A stretch of DNA of 64,000 bases, from contig NC_042999.1 in assembly GCF_006345805.1 (NCBI RefSeq), positions 19,096,001 through 19,160,000 of the forward strand, written 5' to 3'. Shown in pieces: positions 39,437 through 50,503 of this stretch. The position numbers and the translations under genes are program-made. How positions within the stretch are numbered: position 1 is the first letter of the stretch; the number at the start of each line of letters is the position of its first letter. The stretch comes from Octopus sinensis. Lineage: Eukaryota. A model generated the notes under the pieces. It had not been told where the DNA came from, searched no databases, and saw only the letters and a list, made by a program, of their open reading frames with translations.

Positions 39437-40027
39437 ATTTGTGAGTGTGTGTGTGTGTGTGTGCTGGTGAACATAGATACATACACACGCACACACAAAT
39501 ATGCCTGAAGAATTTCGTTTGCGTAATGATACTTTGAGTCATGTGCAGTTGGAGCGTAATCCGCTCTGATTTCCATTCCTGATAAGTTCTCCTTATATCG
39601 TTGTTGCCTTCTGGAAAGGCATGAAGTTAACAACTGCCATCAGCCATGCCATCGTCTTATCTAAACACAATTTAGCAACCTATTTATTCAGTAATAAATA
39701 TCGTTACCAAGTAAAGCAAATATTGTGTGAAGAAGGCTTGGTAACATTTCTCATTCACATTTCAAAAGGTCTGTTTTAGACACACTTCACGAGACAGTAC
39801 TCTTTCGTTTATGTATCCATTAATCCTGAATAAATTCGAATAACATTCTAATTGTCTAGAATCAATTTTCTCTTCCAAATGATGCATATTTAAACATTGT
39901 TGATGGCTGTCGTGCTTTGTTGTTATTGCCCTTGCATAGCTTCGCCACTGCGATGAACCTTAGATTTTCAAAAACGATCATTGTGCCAGTTTGGGCGCAT
40001 GTAGGGCGCATTATGTGATGTCTATAA

Positions 40028-40260
40028 GGCGGCGAGCTGGCAGAAACGTTAGCACGCAGGGCGAGGTGCTTAGCGGTATTTCCTCTGCCGTTACGTTCTG
40101 AGTCCAAATTCCGCCGAGGTCAACTTTGCCTTTCATCCTTTCGGGGTCGATAAAATAAGTACCAGTTGCGCACTGGGTTCGATGTAATCGACTCAATTCC
40201 TTTGTGTGTCTTTGTTTGTCTCCTCTATGTATAGCGCCTTGTGGGCAATAAAGAATAAAA
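40028..40260 (+). mobile_element. Full-length SINE (ggcggcgagc family) with a 3' tail homologous to the ORF1-only element
   Basis: tRNA-like head, core gcctttcatcctttcggggtcgataaaataagtaccag, tail tgtctttgtttgtctcctctatgtatagcgccttgtgggcaataaagaat. Confidence 0.9.
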
Positions 40261-41213
40261 TTACGTGATGTCTATTCCTTTCAGAAAGGGATAGGGTGTG
40301 GTTTGGTTCTGTTTTCTAGCAGATAACTTTACCATGTACTTTTATGTTTTTGTGTCCTTGAGGTGTTAATGGTTGTTTTTACTCGTTGGTTTTTTTCTAT
40401 GTTCATTCTGAAGCTGAACGAGAAAAGCTTTGATGAAGGGCTATGCTAGACATAACCATACCGTCTTCTTAAAGTTATTGAGAACTATACATATTCTAAT
40501 ATATCAGTCACTGTTTAAAGAGATGCGGTTTAACTTTTGACGGAAATGACTGATGTTCTTAGCAAGAGGCTTCCTCGTCTTTAGTTGTCGCAGTTTTTAG
40601 GTACAAAGAAGATTTTATGAGAATAATGCGTGACATTTCATCTACTCTTGCTTATGCAAGTCTTATTTTTTCCATATAATTGATCGGTCGAAACAAAGTT
40701 CTGAGTAAATTTCCATTTTCTCAATTGCTTTGGTGGAGAAATACTGCGCTGTGTAAGAACTACTATATCGATTATAAATTGTTCAGTTTTTCCCTTTCAT
40801 AAAACACCACTATGTTATGTTTCTCTATTACATCTCCCGATTTCTTTGACTGGTGAAATCGCATGATTTTCTTTACTACTCTGCTCACCAGTACATTGCA
40901 AAGAATTAAAATTGATGTTGTTGGGTGAATATTGTTTATACACACTTTGGTCTTTCCTTCTAAGCATGAATATTTTGCAGTTTTCTGCTTGTAGTTCTCT
41001 ACCTGTACTTTAGTAATCTGTGTCGCATCCATTTTATGATTCTCCGAAACTTCCTGTTTTAGAATCATCCTAGTCAAACGAATAAATATACACACATGCT
41101 CACACACACACACAAATACACACACACACACACACACACACACTCCCACATACATATACGTATATATAACAAAGTGGAGTTATATTTATATATTCGATTA
41201 ACAGTTTATTTTG

Positions 41214-41269
<56 letters not shown>

Positions 41270-42011
41270 GATTAACACTTTATTTTGCTATATATACATA
41301 CATACGTATATATATATTCGATGAACACTTTATTTTGCTACGGCTTTCGCTTTAAATTTAGCTTGTTGCTGATGTGTAAGTTTGAGTGGAAATCATTGAA
41401 CATCTTCTTTAGTTTTGATGATTGTAGTTCGGTGAAAGACAGCACGAAATATAGAAGCAAGGCAACGAGAATAAATGTTTCAAATTAGGTCTCTGAAATA
41501 ACGTAAATTTGACGGCAGATCTACAATCGAGCGAATGAGCATTTTCTTGGGAATTCAGACTTTTTTAAATGATGGAGCCGGTGTTAACAATGATAAAAGA
41601 AGCAATGAAAAGGAATTACCTAGCAATATTTCTTTTGTATAGTAGAATTTATGGCTTTTAGTGATACGCTTCTTATTCATTTATTTATTTTATTTTATTT
41701 TTCTCATTAGAACATTCACTTTCTTAATGAACTATTTAATCGCTTTTGCTATTTTATACATTTCGATTGATCATCAGATTTGCGCAGGCATTGCGATATC
41801 ATAGACAGTTTTTGTAATCAATTCAGGCCGAAGCTCTATTCATTTTTCTGTCTGCATGCTTGTAATGTTGTGTTATTCATCAATAACTAATTTTTACACC
41901 AGCTACATGAAACATGTCTGGAATAATTACGCTCTTCTATTAGTCGCTGATTTATATATTCGTCTTTCTGTTCTTACTTTAAATACCTTAATTTTATAGA
42001 AGGTAGGGAAA

Positions 42012-42716
42012 AGTGTAATTTTCCATATTGTTTTAGAATTCAGCCTATTCTTCACACGTGACGGGGATAATTATTTTCTTTATATCGATCATTCAATTGT
42101 ACATAAGATAAGATTTCCCTACGTTTCTTTGCTTCCTCTGAAAAAATTACTATCTTACCCAAAGGAAGAAAGACTGCTTCTAAAACATTTCTTCGTAACT
42201 AGTGGCATAAAGAGAAGAGTTTATTCTCAGGTTAAGGCTCTGGTGTAAGCATTTGCAAATATGTAGGCTCCACTAATATGGGAATTAATGTGGGGCATAT
42301 AAAGTCAACTTACTAGTACTTGTGGCGACATTTACCCTGGCCGGGTTGAGTCGGCTTCTTCCTTGGAAGAAGTTTCGTGGGAATATGTGGATTTCACAAG
42401 CGGTCCCCAACAATCCCGCATGTAGAGACATCCTGTTTGCCGCAGATTGTCCGCAGACCCAGGGACAGAACGACCGAGGAGCCGCCGGTTGCCCAAACAG
42501 ACACTCCGAGGATTTTCCCAGACCGAGCGTTGTGGCCCTAATACTACTCGGTGTCAGACCAATCCGCCTTGGGTGGCCCTACCAGGAACCGAAGTTCCCG
42601 ACGGCATAGCTCTGACACTACTCTTTGCCAGCGTCCTCACCACGGTGAGGAGGGGATGGATTTGGGGACGCAAAATCAACTATAACAATCCGGGTATATA
42701 ATGTTAACTACCCGAG
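42012..42716. repeat. Unclassified ~330-bp dispersed repeat, copy 2 (interrupted by a GC-rich insertion)
   Basis: Collinear with 31407-32225; ends in a cgggta..tacccg hairpin. Confidence 0.8.
42311..42675. mobile_element. GC-rich ~365-bp insertion with a 6-bp TSD, resembling a structured RTE 5' UTR
   Basis: Absent from paralogous copy 1 and flanked by tcaact/tcaact. Stems: gtgtcaga/tctgacac, ggaac/gttcc, tcctcacc/ggtgagga. Confidence 0.55.
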
Positions 42717-44320
42717 AACGAAAACTCTCCAGCGGATTCCACGCAGTTTCTCACAAATAATTATATTCACACATCTTTCTTAGAGCATTGGCTACAGTAA
42801 AAGCAATTGTTTCAAGTATACTGCTGTGGTATTGGACATAAATTTGCTTAACTTCCATATAAACTTGACAAAGACACACTGTAAGTTATGTAGATGTTAG
42901 ATTTGAGAATTGAGCAATATACCAGCCACATTTATTTTTTTTCTTTCGTTATTGCTATCGTGACTGTTATTTTATCTTCGGTTATTATATCCGTCCATTT
43001 CCTCTGAAGCACATGGATCGTATTTCCTTTATCTTCGGTGGATTATTTCATTTCTTTTATGAAGCAATAGTTTTTTCTTTGTCTACTTTTATTTCAATAT
43101 TTCTTTAAAAGAATCTTGCTCTCTTTCTTATACCTGTCCATTGCAATTGTTGCACATGGTTCGTAAAACGCTTTTGTTACGTGGATTATTTAATGTTTTA
43201 TATAGATTTTTTTACTTCCTACAATTGTTTCCTAAAAAGCTTGTATACTTTAAATTAAGGTTGTTCTCTCTTTATAGTGTCCTTGTCCAATTTCCTTTAA
43301 ATATTTGTTTCTATCTCTCAGAATATTTCTAATTTATTTAATTCACTTGCCCCTGTCGTTTTTCAAACCCACGTATTCTCCGCAATTGGATTTTCCCAAT
43401 TTAATTAGTCTTACGTTTTTGTTTCATTCGCTTCTCTTTTGTTGATCCTTAATTCAGAACTTCTGCACAGTATTGCATTTTTACCGTTGTTATTTCGACG
43501 TTTTTGTTTCAAAGATCCTTCGTGTTATTTTTATTTATTTTCTCGTTCACTTGATATCGTTTGAAGAATTTTTTTCCTGGCTGTTTCGATTGCATTTTCT
43601 TATTTTCTCTGAAATAATTATTGTTTTTCTATTGTTGTTATTTCCGTAGCTTTATTTTCATTGCATGCTTTAGCTGCACAATCAAGCGCAGCTCTTCGGC
43701 TGCATGTGCTTTGATTACATGCAGTTGTATCATTCTCTTCACTATTATTTTTTTTATTTCCTATTATTACCTTTACATATATTGTGATCGTGGTATACCT
43801 TGTTATATATATTTTTCTCTGTTATTGTTTTCCCTACTCTTGCTTCTAAATAACAATTTCCTTTTTATTAACATGAAAACTGAGTGCCTATCAAAAATAT
43901 TCCACAGAAAAAATCCATATGTTCCCTTCTGGATAAGAATCGTCAGAACCCATCCATCACAATTTACTTAATTCGCATTACTCTACAGAAAACGAGAATA
44001 TATTTCCATATTTTCGAAACGCAACTCAAAGTGACGGTATTCTGGAGCAGCTTATATTGCTATCAAACGTAATAATATTAACAATAGCACATATATATAT
44101 ATATATTATATATATATATATTATATATATATATATATATTTATGTACATCAATGCATATACGCGTATATACCTATGTACTATGATTACGGAAATGTACC
44201 TCGATAGCTTTTAGGGTCAACTAATACATATGTGTATATACATTTTAACCTAAAGTTATACACAGCATAACAGCAGCGCGTGCATATAACTGAATAAGAG
44301 TGCATGATAATTATAAATAC

Positions 44321-44366
<46 letters not shown>

Positions 44367-44401
44367 GTATGTCTGTCTCTCTATCTATCTATCTATCTAT
44401 C

Positions 44402-44443
<42 letters not shown>

Positions 44444-44499
44444 TGTATGCATGTATGTATGTATGTATATACCAGAGTAAGCACATAAATGTGAAACAA

Positions 44500-44625
44500 G
44501 GTGGAAAAAAGAGTACTCAAATATCAGAGATAGAGTAATATGCTTTATTTAACAGCAGCAGAAATATAACAAAACCTGTTACTCAGAGTTTCACGTTACC
44601 GTTTGTCGGACAGTTTTGTCTAAAA
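44500..44625 (-). mobile_element. Penelope-like terminus with a variant hammerhead-like motif (44576-44613)
   Basis: CUGU-CCGACAA-ACG guaa CGU-GAAA-CUC u GAG-UA-ACAG. All three stems are intact, but the core is non-canonical. Flanked by TA-rich tracts. Confidence 0.5.
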
Positions 44626-45167
44626 AAATTATATATATATATTTTTATATATATTTTTATATATAATAAAATATATATAATTTTATATATAATTTATATA
44701 AATATATCTGTCTAGCTATCTATCTACCCATTTATCTATCTATCTATCTAATCTATCTATATCTATCTATCTACTTATCTATCTGTCTGTCTTTCAATCT
44801 GTTTATCTATATGTGTGTTATGTGTGCGTGTGTGACTGTGTTTATGAGTGTGTGTGTGTGTGTGTGCATGTAGGTGTGTGTCTGTGTCTTATCATGCGCT
44901 CTGCAAATACTTATCTCTTATTCCCCAGTCCTGTCCTCATACTCCTGCTCACTGCACCATTGCAATCTTGATTTCCCCCAACCTCTCTATTAGCCCAATT
45001 TTACCAGTCACTGCATTCCCCACTCCCACACACATTGATATTTTTTGGTGAAGTCTCTACTCCTTGCTCATGCCCCTTGGCAATACCCTACCATTTATAC
45101 TCTGACTCCGTATCTGAAAATGTGCCCCTCTACAGAAATACACCTGTTTCTCTCTCTTTTCGTAAAG

Positions 45168-45515
45168 ACGCAACGGCTAAGTGGTTACGGCAGTGGACAG
45201 GTGGTCGTAGGATCACGGTTTCGATTCCAAGACCGGGCGTTGTGAGTGTTTATTGAGCGAAAACAACTAAAGTAGTAGCGAACTCTGCTGTACTCTTTCA
45301 CCACAACTTTCTCTCACTCTTCTTGTTCTTGTTGTACCTGTATTTCAAAGGGCCAGCCTTGTCACATTCTGTGTCACGCTGAATCTCCCCGAGAACTATG
45401 TAAAGGGCACACGTATGTGAGCAGTGCTCGGCCACTTACACATTAATTTCAGGAGCAGGCTGTTCCGTTAATCGGATCAGCTGGAATCATCGTCGTCATA
45501 ACCGACGGAGTGCCA
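45168..45515 (+). mobile_element. tRNA-derived SINE
   Basis: gcaacggctaagtggttacggcagtgg..gtttcgattcc..; the tail ..accgacggagtgcc resembles that of the copy at 57936. Confidence 0.8.
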
Positions 45516-45780
45516 CGATATTCTGTCGTCTTACATCATCTGGCACAAGGTCACCTCCTCCAATGCCTCATTCCATCTCAAAAGATCTTTGTCTTGCAAG
45601 TTTCTTGGGGATCCTGCTAGTGCTGGTACAGATAAATAACACTCAGTTTGCATTGCGCAGTATTTGATGTCACGAGGGGTGTCCAACCGTACAAATCATG
45701 CCAAAACAGACTGAGAAACATGAGGCAGTCTTCTGCCTAGCCAGTTCCTGTCAAACCGTCCAACCTGTGCCAGCGTGGGT

Positions 45781-45970
45781 TACGAAAGGATGCTGCAAAA
45801 TGTTCCTGGTTTTTGTTAAATGCAAATACAGAAGGATCTGAAAATTATGATTTTATTCAACATATCCTCCGCTCAGATTCACCTAGCTATTGCAGCGTGC
45901 CTTCCGTTTTTATAAGCCCTGTAAAAAGAAAATCCGGGATGAAGCTAGGAAATTTCCAGTATTCCTCGTA
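45781..45970 (-). mobile_element. Old internally deleted mariner derivative
   Basis: Imperfect TIRs tacga..ggatgctg..ttcctggttt / tacgaggaatactg..ttcctagctt. The minus strand retains FFLQGL*..RCNS*VNLSGGYVE*, a mariner C-terminus. Confidence 0.6.
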
Positions 45971-45997
45971 TTATATAATATAAATATATATATAATA

Positions 45998-46037
<40 letters not shown>

Positions 46038-46313
46038 CCCACTCTGTCTTTTTCCTCTGTCTTCCGTTCTCTGGATCTTTCCTTCTTTCCTGAGCGTCCA
46101 ATAATACTATATTTGTTCCACGTCCTCTCATTGTTGTGTTTTTTTAATGCTTTCTTGTTGGTGATTCTTTATTACCCACTAGGGGCGACACAGAGGGGGA
46201 CACCAAAAGACATGGGGACATAGAACATTATAATTAAAATTTATGAAAAATGAATTGTTAAGTGAAAGAAAATGATATTATGAAAGCGATACCAACGGCC
46301 CCATCCGTCAGCA

Positions 46314-47731
46314 TCACTTACCTGTCCTTTGTTTTTCATAGTCACTTGAATGTTCTTTGCCAATACGAATAAATTCCATATCCATTCTTACTCCGAAATA
46401 CTCATCCATATTTTCCACGAATTCATCGCTCATTCTTATATCTTTCACCTCCCAATTCTCCCTTTCACACCTCACCATAAACTCACCTATGTTCTTCTTT
46501 TCAATCACAGCATACCTAGTCTCACCAACATCATACCATTTATACTCTTCCATTAGACTTTTAACTTCTTTCTGTTCAGTCATAGTACAAATGTACGGCC
46601 TGATATCGATTTCAATCTCTTGTGTGTGTATTCTTTTTTTCTTTTGTTTTCTTGTTGGGGGGGAGCGGGTGGGTTCAATGTCTGCATGGATAGGGTGGGA
46701 CTCAGAGGGTTGGGTGGTTTTGGGGTGGATTGGAATTCCATATTATTTTCTTTTCCACGTATTCTTCTCTTCCTCTTATTTCCAGCTACCTTCCATTTCT
46801 GTGTATTCTCTTCCTCTTCTACTGTCTCCTTCTCCTCTGGTTTCTGCTTCTCTCTCTGTGGTTCGAAATCCATTTCTTTCCCTGGGGGAGGGCAGAAGGC
46901 TCTTATGTGACCCCTCAGGCCACACTTGTAACAACGTGGAGCTCTGCCCTCTACCCACACTCTCATGATCACGTCTCCCAATCTGATGCTTTCCGTCAGG
47001 TCCACCAGTACCTCGGTCTCTGCCTGTACGTTCAGCTCCACTGTTACGCCTCTCCAGCCCTCGGACTTAGCCGAGGCATGGAGAATATCTACTTCCTCCT
47101 CGTGGCCGCTGATCACAGCCGCCACAATCCACTCTGCCTCCACGTTTGGTGGCACTCCCTCCACCCTTATTCGTGTAATCCTTCTGTTTAAATACGTAGG
47201 TAACAGTGTTACCTTTTCTGACTTCACCGCCTTCGCCGCCATCTTCCTCGCTGCAGATTCACTTTCAAAATGTACCACTACGGTTCCGTACTTGGATCCT
47301 CGAGTCAGAAAATTAATTTCCTCCTCAGTTCTTCGCAGGGCTTCCTCTATCCACTGCATGGTTACAACTTCTACCCTCTTCCTTTCGTTTGCGAACACCC
47401 TGTAAATAATGGTCCTCCTATCATACCATTCCTTTCTCCTGGGTGTCGGTGCCAGTTCCACCTCACCGCTTTCCATTTTCATGTATTTCTGGTAACTTGG
47501 CAACTTGGCCAAGTCGACCCCTTTCTCTTCCGCCTTCTTGGTTACACCGGCATAGGTATAACTCAGCTTCTCTTCCAATTTCCTTGCTGCCATTTCTAGC
47601 TCCTTCTCAGACGTAGACAAGTCTGATAAAGACTCGAAAACTCCAGGCTTTTCTTCCATCAGCTTCATTGTAATTGCCTGTTCCAGTTCCTCATCTGTCG
47701 TGGACAAGTCTGTTAGAGACTCATAGTCCAT
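46314..47731 (-). CDS. ORF1/gag-like protein, copy 1 (472 aa if the -1 frameshift near 46710 is repaired; 383 aa as given)
   Basis: Acidic N-terminal duplicated motif, RRM-like region (TVVVHFESE..; TRIRVEGVPP..), single CCHC knuckle GRAPRCYKCGLRGHIRAFCP, basic and Pro-rich linker. The architecture matches Tx1/L1-type ORF1. Confidence 0.8.
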
Positions 47732-48066
47732 TTCCTTCTGTCTGACAGACCGAAAACGGCCGCCAAAACAGAAAAAGTGTAACGCGCCGAACCAGCGAAA
47801 CGCGAAACCGCGTCAACGCCGTTCAGAATTTCCACAACAACAACAACGCTTTTTCTTCTTTTTTACCGAATTTTACGAGCGTAAAAAAACACAACCGACC
47901 AAATGGGTAGGATTTGGTGATTCTTTATTACCCACTAGGGGCGACACAGAGGGGGACACCAAGAGACATGGGGACATAGAACATTATAATTAAAATTTAT
48001 GAAAATGAATTGTTAAACGAAAAAATGATAAAATGAAAGCGATACCAACGGCCCCGTCCGTCAGCA

Positions 48067-48598
48067 TCACTTACCTGTCCTTTGTTTTTCATAGTCACTT
48101 GAATGTTCTTTGCCAATACGAATAAATTCCATATCCATTCTTACTCCGAAATACTCATCCATATTTTCCACGAATTCATCGCTCATTCTTATATCTTTCA
48201 CCTGCCAATTCTCCCTTTCACACCTCACCATAAACTCACCTATGTTCTTCTTTTCAATCACAGCATACCTAGTCTCACCAACATCATACCATTTATACTC
48301 TTCCATTAGACTTTTAACTTCTTTCTGTTCAGTCATAGTACAAATGTACGGCCTGATATCGATTTCAATCTCTTGGTGTGTGTATTCTTTTTTTTCTTTT
48401 GTTTTCTTGTTGGGGGGGAGCGGGGGGGTGGGTTCAATGTCTGCATGGATAGGGGGGACTCAGAGGGCGTGGGTGGTTTTGGGGTGGATTGGAGTTCCAT
48501 ATTATTTTCTTTTCCACGTATTCTTCTCTTCCTCTTACTTCCAGCTTCCTTCCATTTCTGTGTATTCTCTTCCTCTGTTTCCTTCTCCTCTGGTTTCT
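48067..48598 (-). pseudogene. ORF1 copy 2, C-terminal part only
   Basis: Homologous to copy 1; truncated just downstream of the knuckle. Confidence 0.85.
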
Positions 48599-48747
48599 TA
48601 TTTCTTTATTACCCACTAGGGGCGACACAGAAAGGGACACTAAGAAACATGGGGACATATAACATTATAATTAAACTTTATGAACATGAATTGTTAAACG
48701 AAAAAATGATTAAATGAAAGCGATACCAACGGCCCCGTCCGTCAGCA

Positions 48748-50159
48748 TCACTTACCTGTCCTTTGTTTTTCATAGTCACTTGAATGTTCCTTGCCAATAC
48801 GAACAAATTCCATATCCATTCTTACTCCGAAATACTCATCCATATTTTCCACGAATTCATCGCTCATTCTTATATCTTTCACCTCCCAATTCTCGCATTC
48901 ACACATCACCATAAAGTCACCTATGTTCTTCTTTTCAATCACAGCATACCTAGTCTCACCAACATCATACCATTTATACTCTTCCATTAGACTTTTAACT
49001 TCTTTCTGTTCAGTCATAGTACAAATGTACGGCCTGATATCGATTTCAATCTCTTGTGTGTGTGTATTCTTTTTTTTCTTTTGTTTTCTTGTTGGGGGGG
49101 AGCGGGTGGGTTCAATGTCTGCATGGATAGGGTGGGACTCAGAGGGCGTGGGTGGTTTTGGGGTGGATTGCAGTTCCATATTATTTTCTTTTCCACGTAT
49201 TCTTCTCTTCCTCTTACTTCCAGCTTCCTTCCATTTCTGTGTATTCTCTTCCTCTGTTTCTTCTCCTCTGGTTTGCTTCTCTCTCTCTGGTTCGGAATCC
49301 ATTTCTTTCCCTGGGGGAGGGCAGAAGGCTCTTATGTGACCCCTCAGGCCACACTTGTAACAACGTGGAGCACTGCCCTCCACCCACACTCTCATGATCA
49401 CGTCTCCCAGTCTGATGCTTTCCGTCAGGTCCACCAGTACCTCGGTCTCTGCCTGTACGTTCAGCTCCACTGTTACGCCTCTCCAGCCTCGGACTTAACC
49501 GAGGCATGGAGAATATCCACTTCGTCCTCGTGGCCGCTGATCACAGCCGCCACAATCCATTCTGCCTCCACGTTTGGTGGCACTCCCTCCACCCTTATTC
49601 GTGTAATCCTCCTGTTTAAATACGTAGGTAACAGTGTTAACTTTTCCGACTTCACCGCCTTTGCCGCCATCTTCCTCGCTGCAGATTCACTTTTAAAGTG
49701 CACAACTACGGTCCCATACTTGGATCCTCGAGTCAGAAAATTTATTTCCTCCTCAGTTCGTCGCAGGGCTTCCTCTATCCACTGCATGGTTACAACTTCT
49801 ACCCTCTTCCTTTCGTTTGCGAACACCCTGTAAATAATGGTCCTCCTATCATACCATTCCTTTCTCCTGGGTGTCGGTGATAGTTCCACCTCACCGCTTT
49901 CCTTTTTCATGTATTTCTGGTAACTTGGCAACTTGGCCATGTCGACCCCTTTCTCTTCCGCCTTCTTGGTTACACCGGCATAGGTATAACTCAGCTTCTC
50001 TTCCAAATTCCTCGCTGCCATTTCTAGCTCCTTCTCAGACGTAGGCAAGTCTGATAAAGACTCGAAAACTCCAGCCTTTTCTTCCATCAGCTTCATTGCA
50101 ATTGCCTGTTCCAGTTCCTCATCTGTCGTGGACAAGTCTGTTAAAGACTCATAGTCCAT
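48748..50159 (-). pseudogene. ORF1 copy 3 (1-nt deletion near 49487)
   Basis: ORFs 49473..50159 and 48748..49470 together give the whole protein, with the C-terminus in frame. Confidence 0.85.
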
Positions 50160-50503
50160 TTCCTTCTGTCTGACAGACCGAAAACGGCCGCCAAAACAGA
50201 AAAAAGTTTAACGCGCCGAACGAGCGAAACGCGAAACCGCGTCAACGCCGTTCAGAATTTCCACAACAACAACAACGCTTTTTGTTCTTTTTTACCGAAT
50301 TTTCAGGAGCCGAAAAAAAACACCGACCAAATGGTTCAGATTTGGTGATTCATTCTACCATAGGGGACGACCCATAGGGGGACAGAGGGGGACCCAAAGA
50401 CATGGGGACATAGAACATTATAATTAAAATTTATGAAAAATGAATTGTTAAGTGAAAGAAAATGATATTATGAAAGCGATACTAACGGCCCCGTCCGTTA
50501 GCA

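Noticed and set aside
39495-39615. Minus-strand open frames after a strong acceptor (cctttccag)
   Set aside because: Two frames are open and there is no good donor, so a call cannot be made.
40772-41069. ~100 open codons on the minus strand in unique sequence
   Set aside because: No homology recognised; retained only as a weak exon candidate.
42553-42618. HDV-like or twister ribozyme assignment
   Set aside because: The P3/L3 motif of HDV-like ribozymes and the GGUCCYAAGCC loop of twister are both absent.
46250-46316. TGATG stop-start overlap as a possible ORF2 start
   Set aside because: It gives only ~18 codons with no endonuclease similarity.
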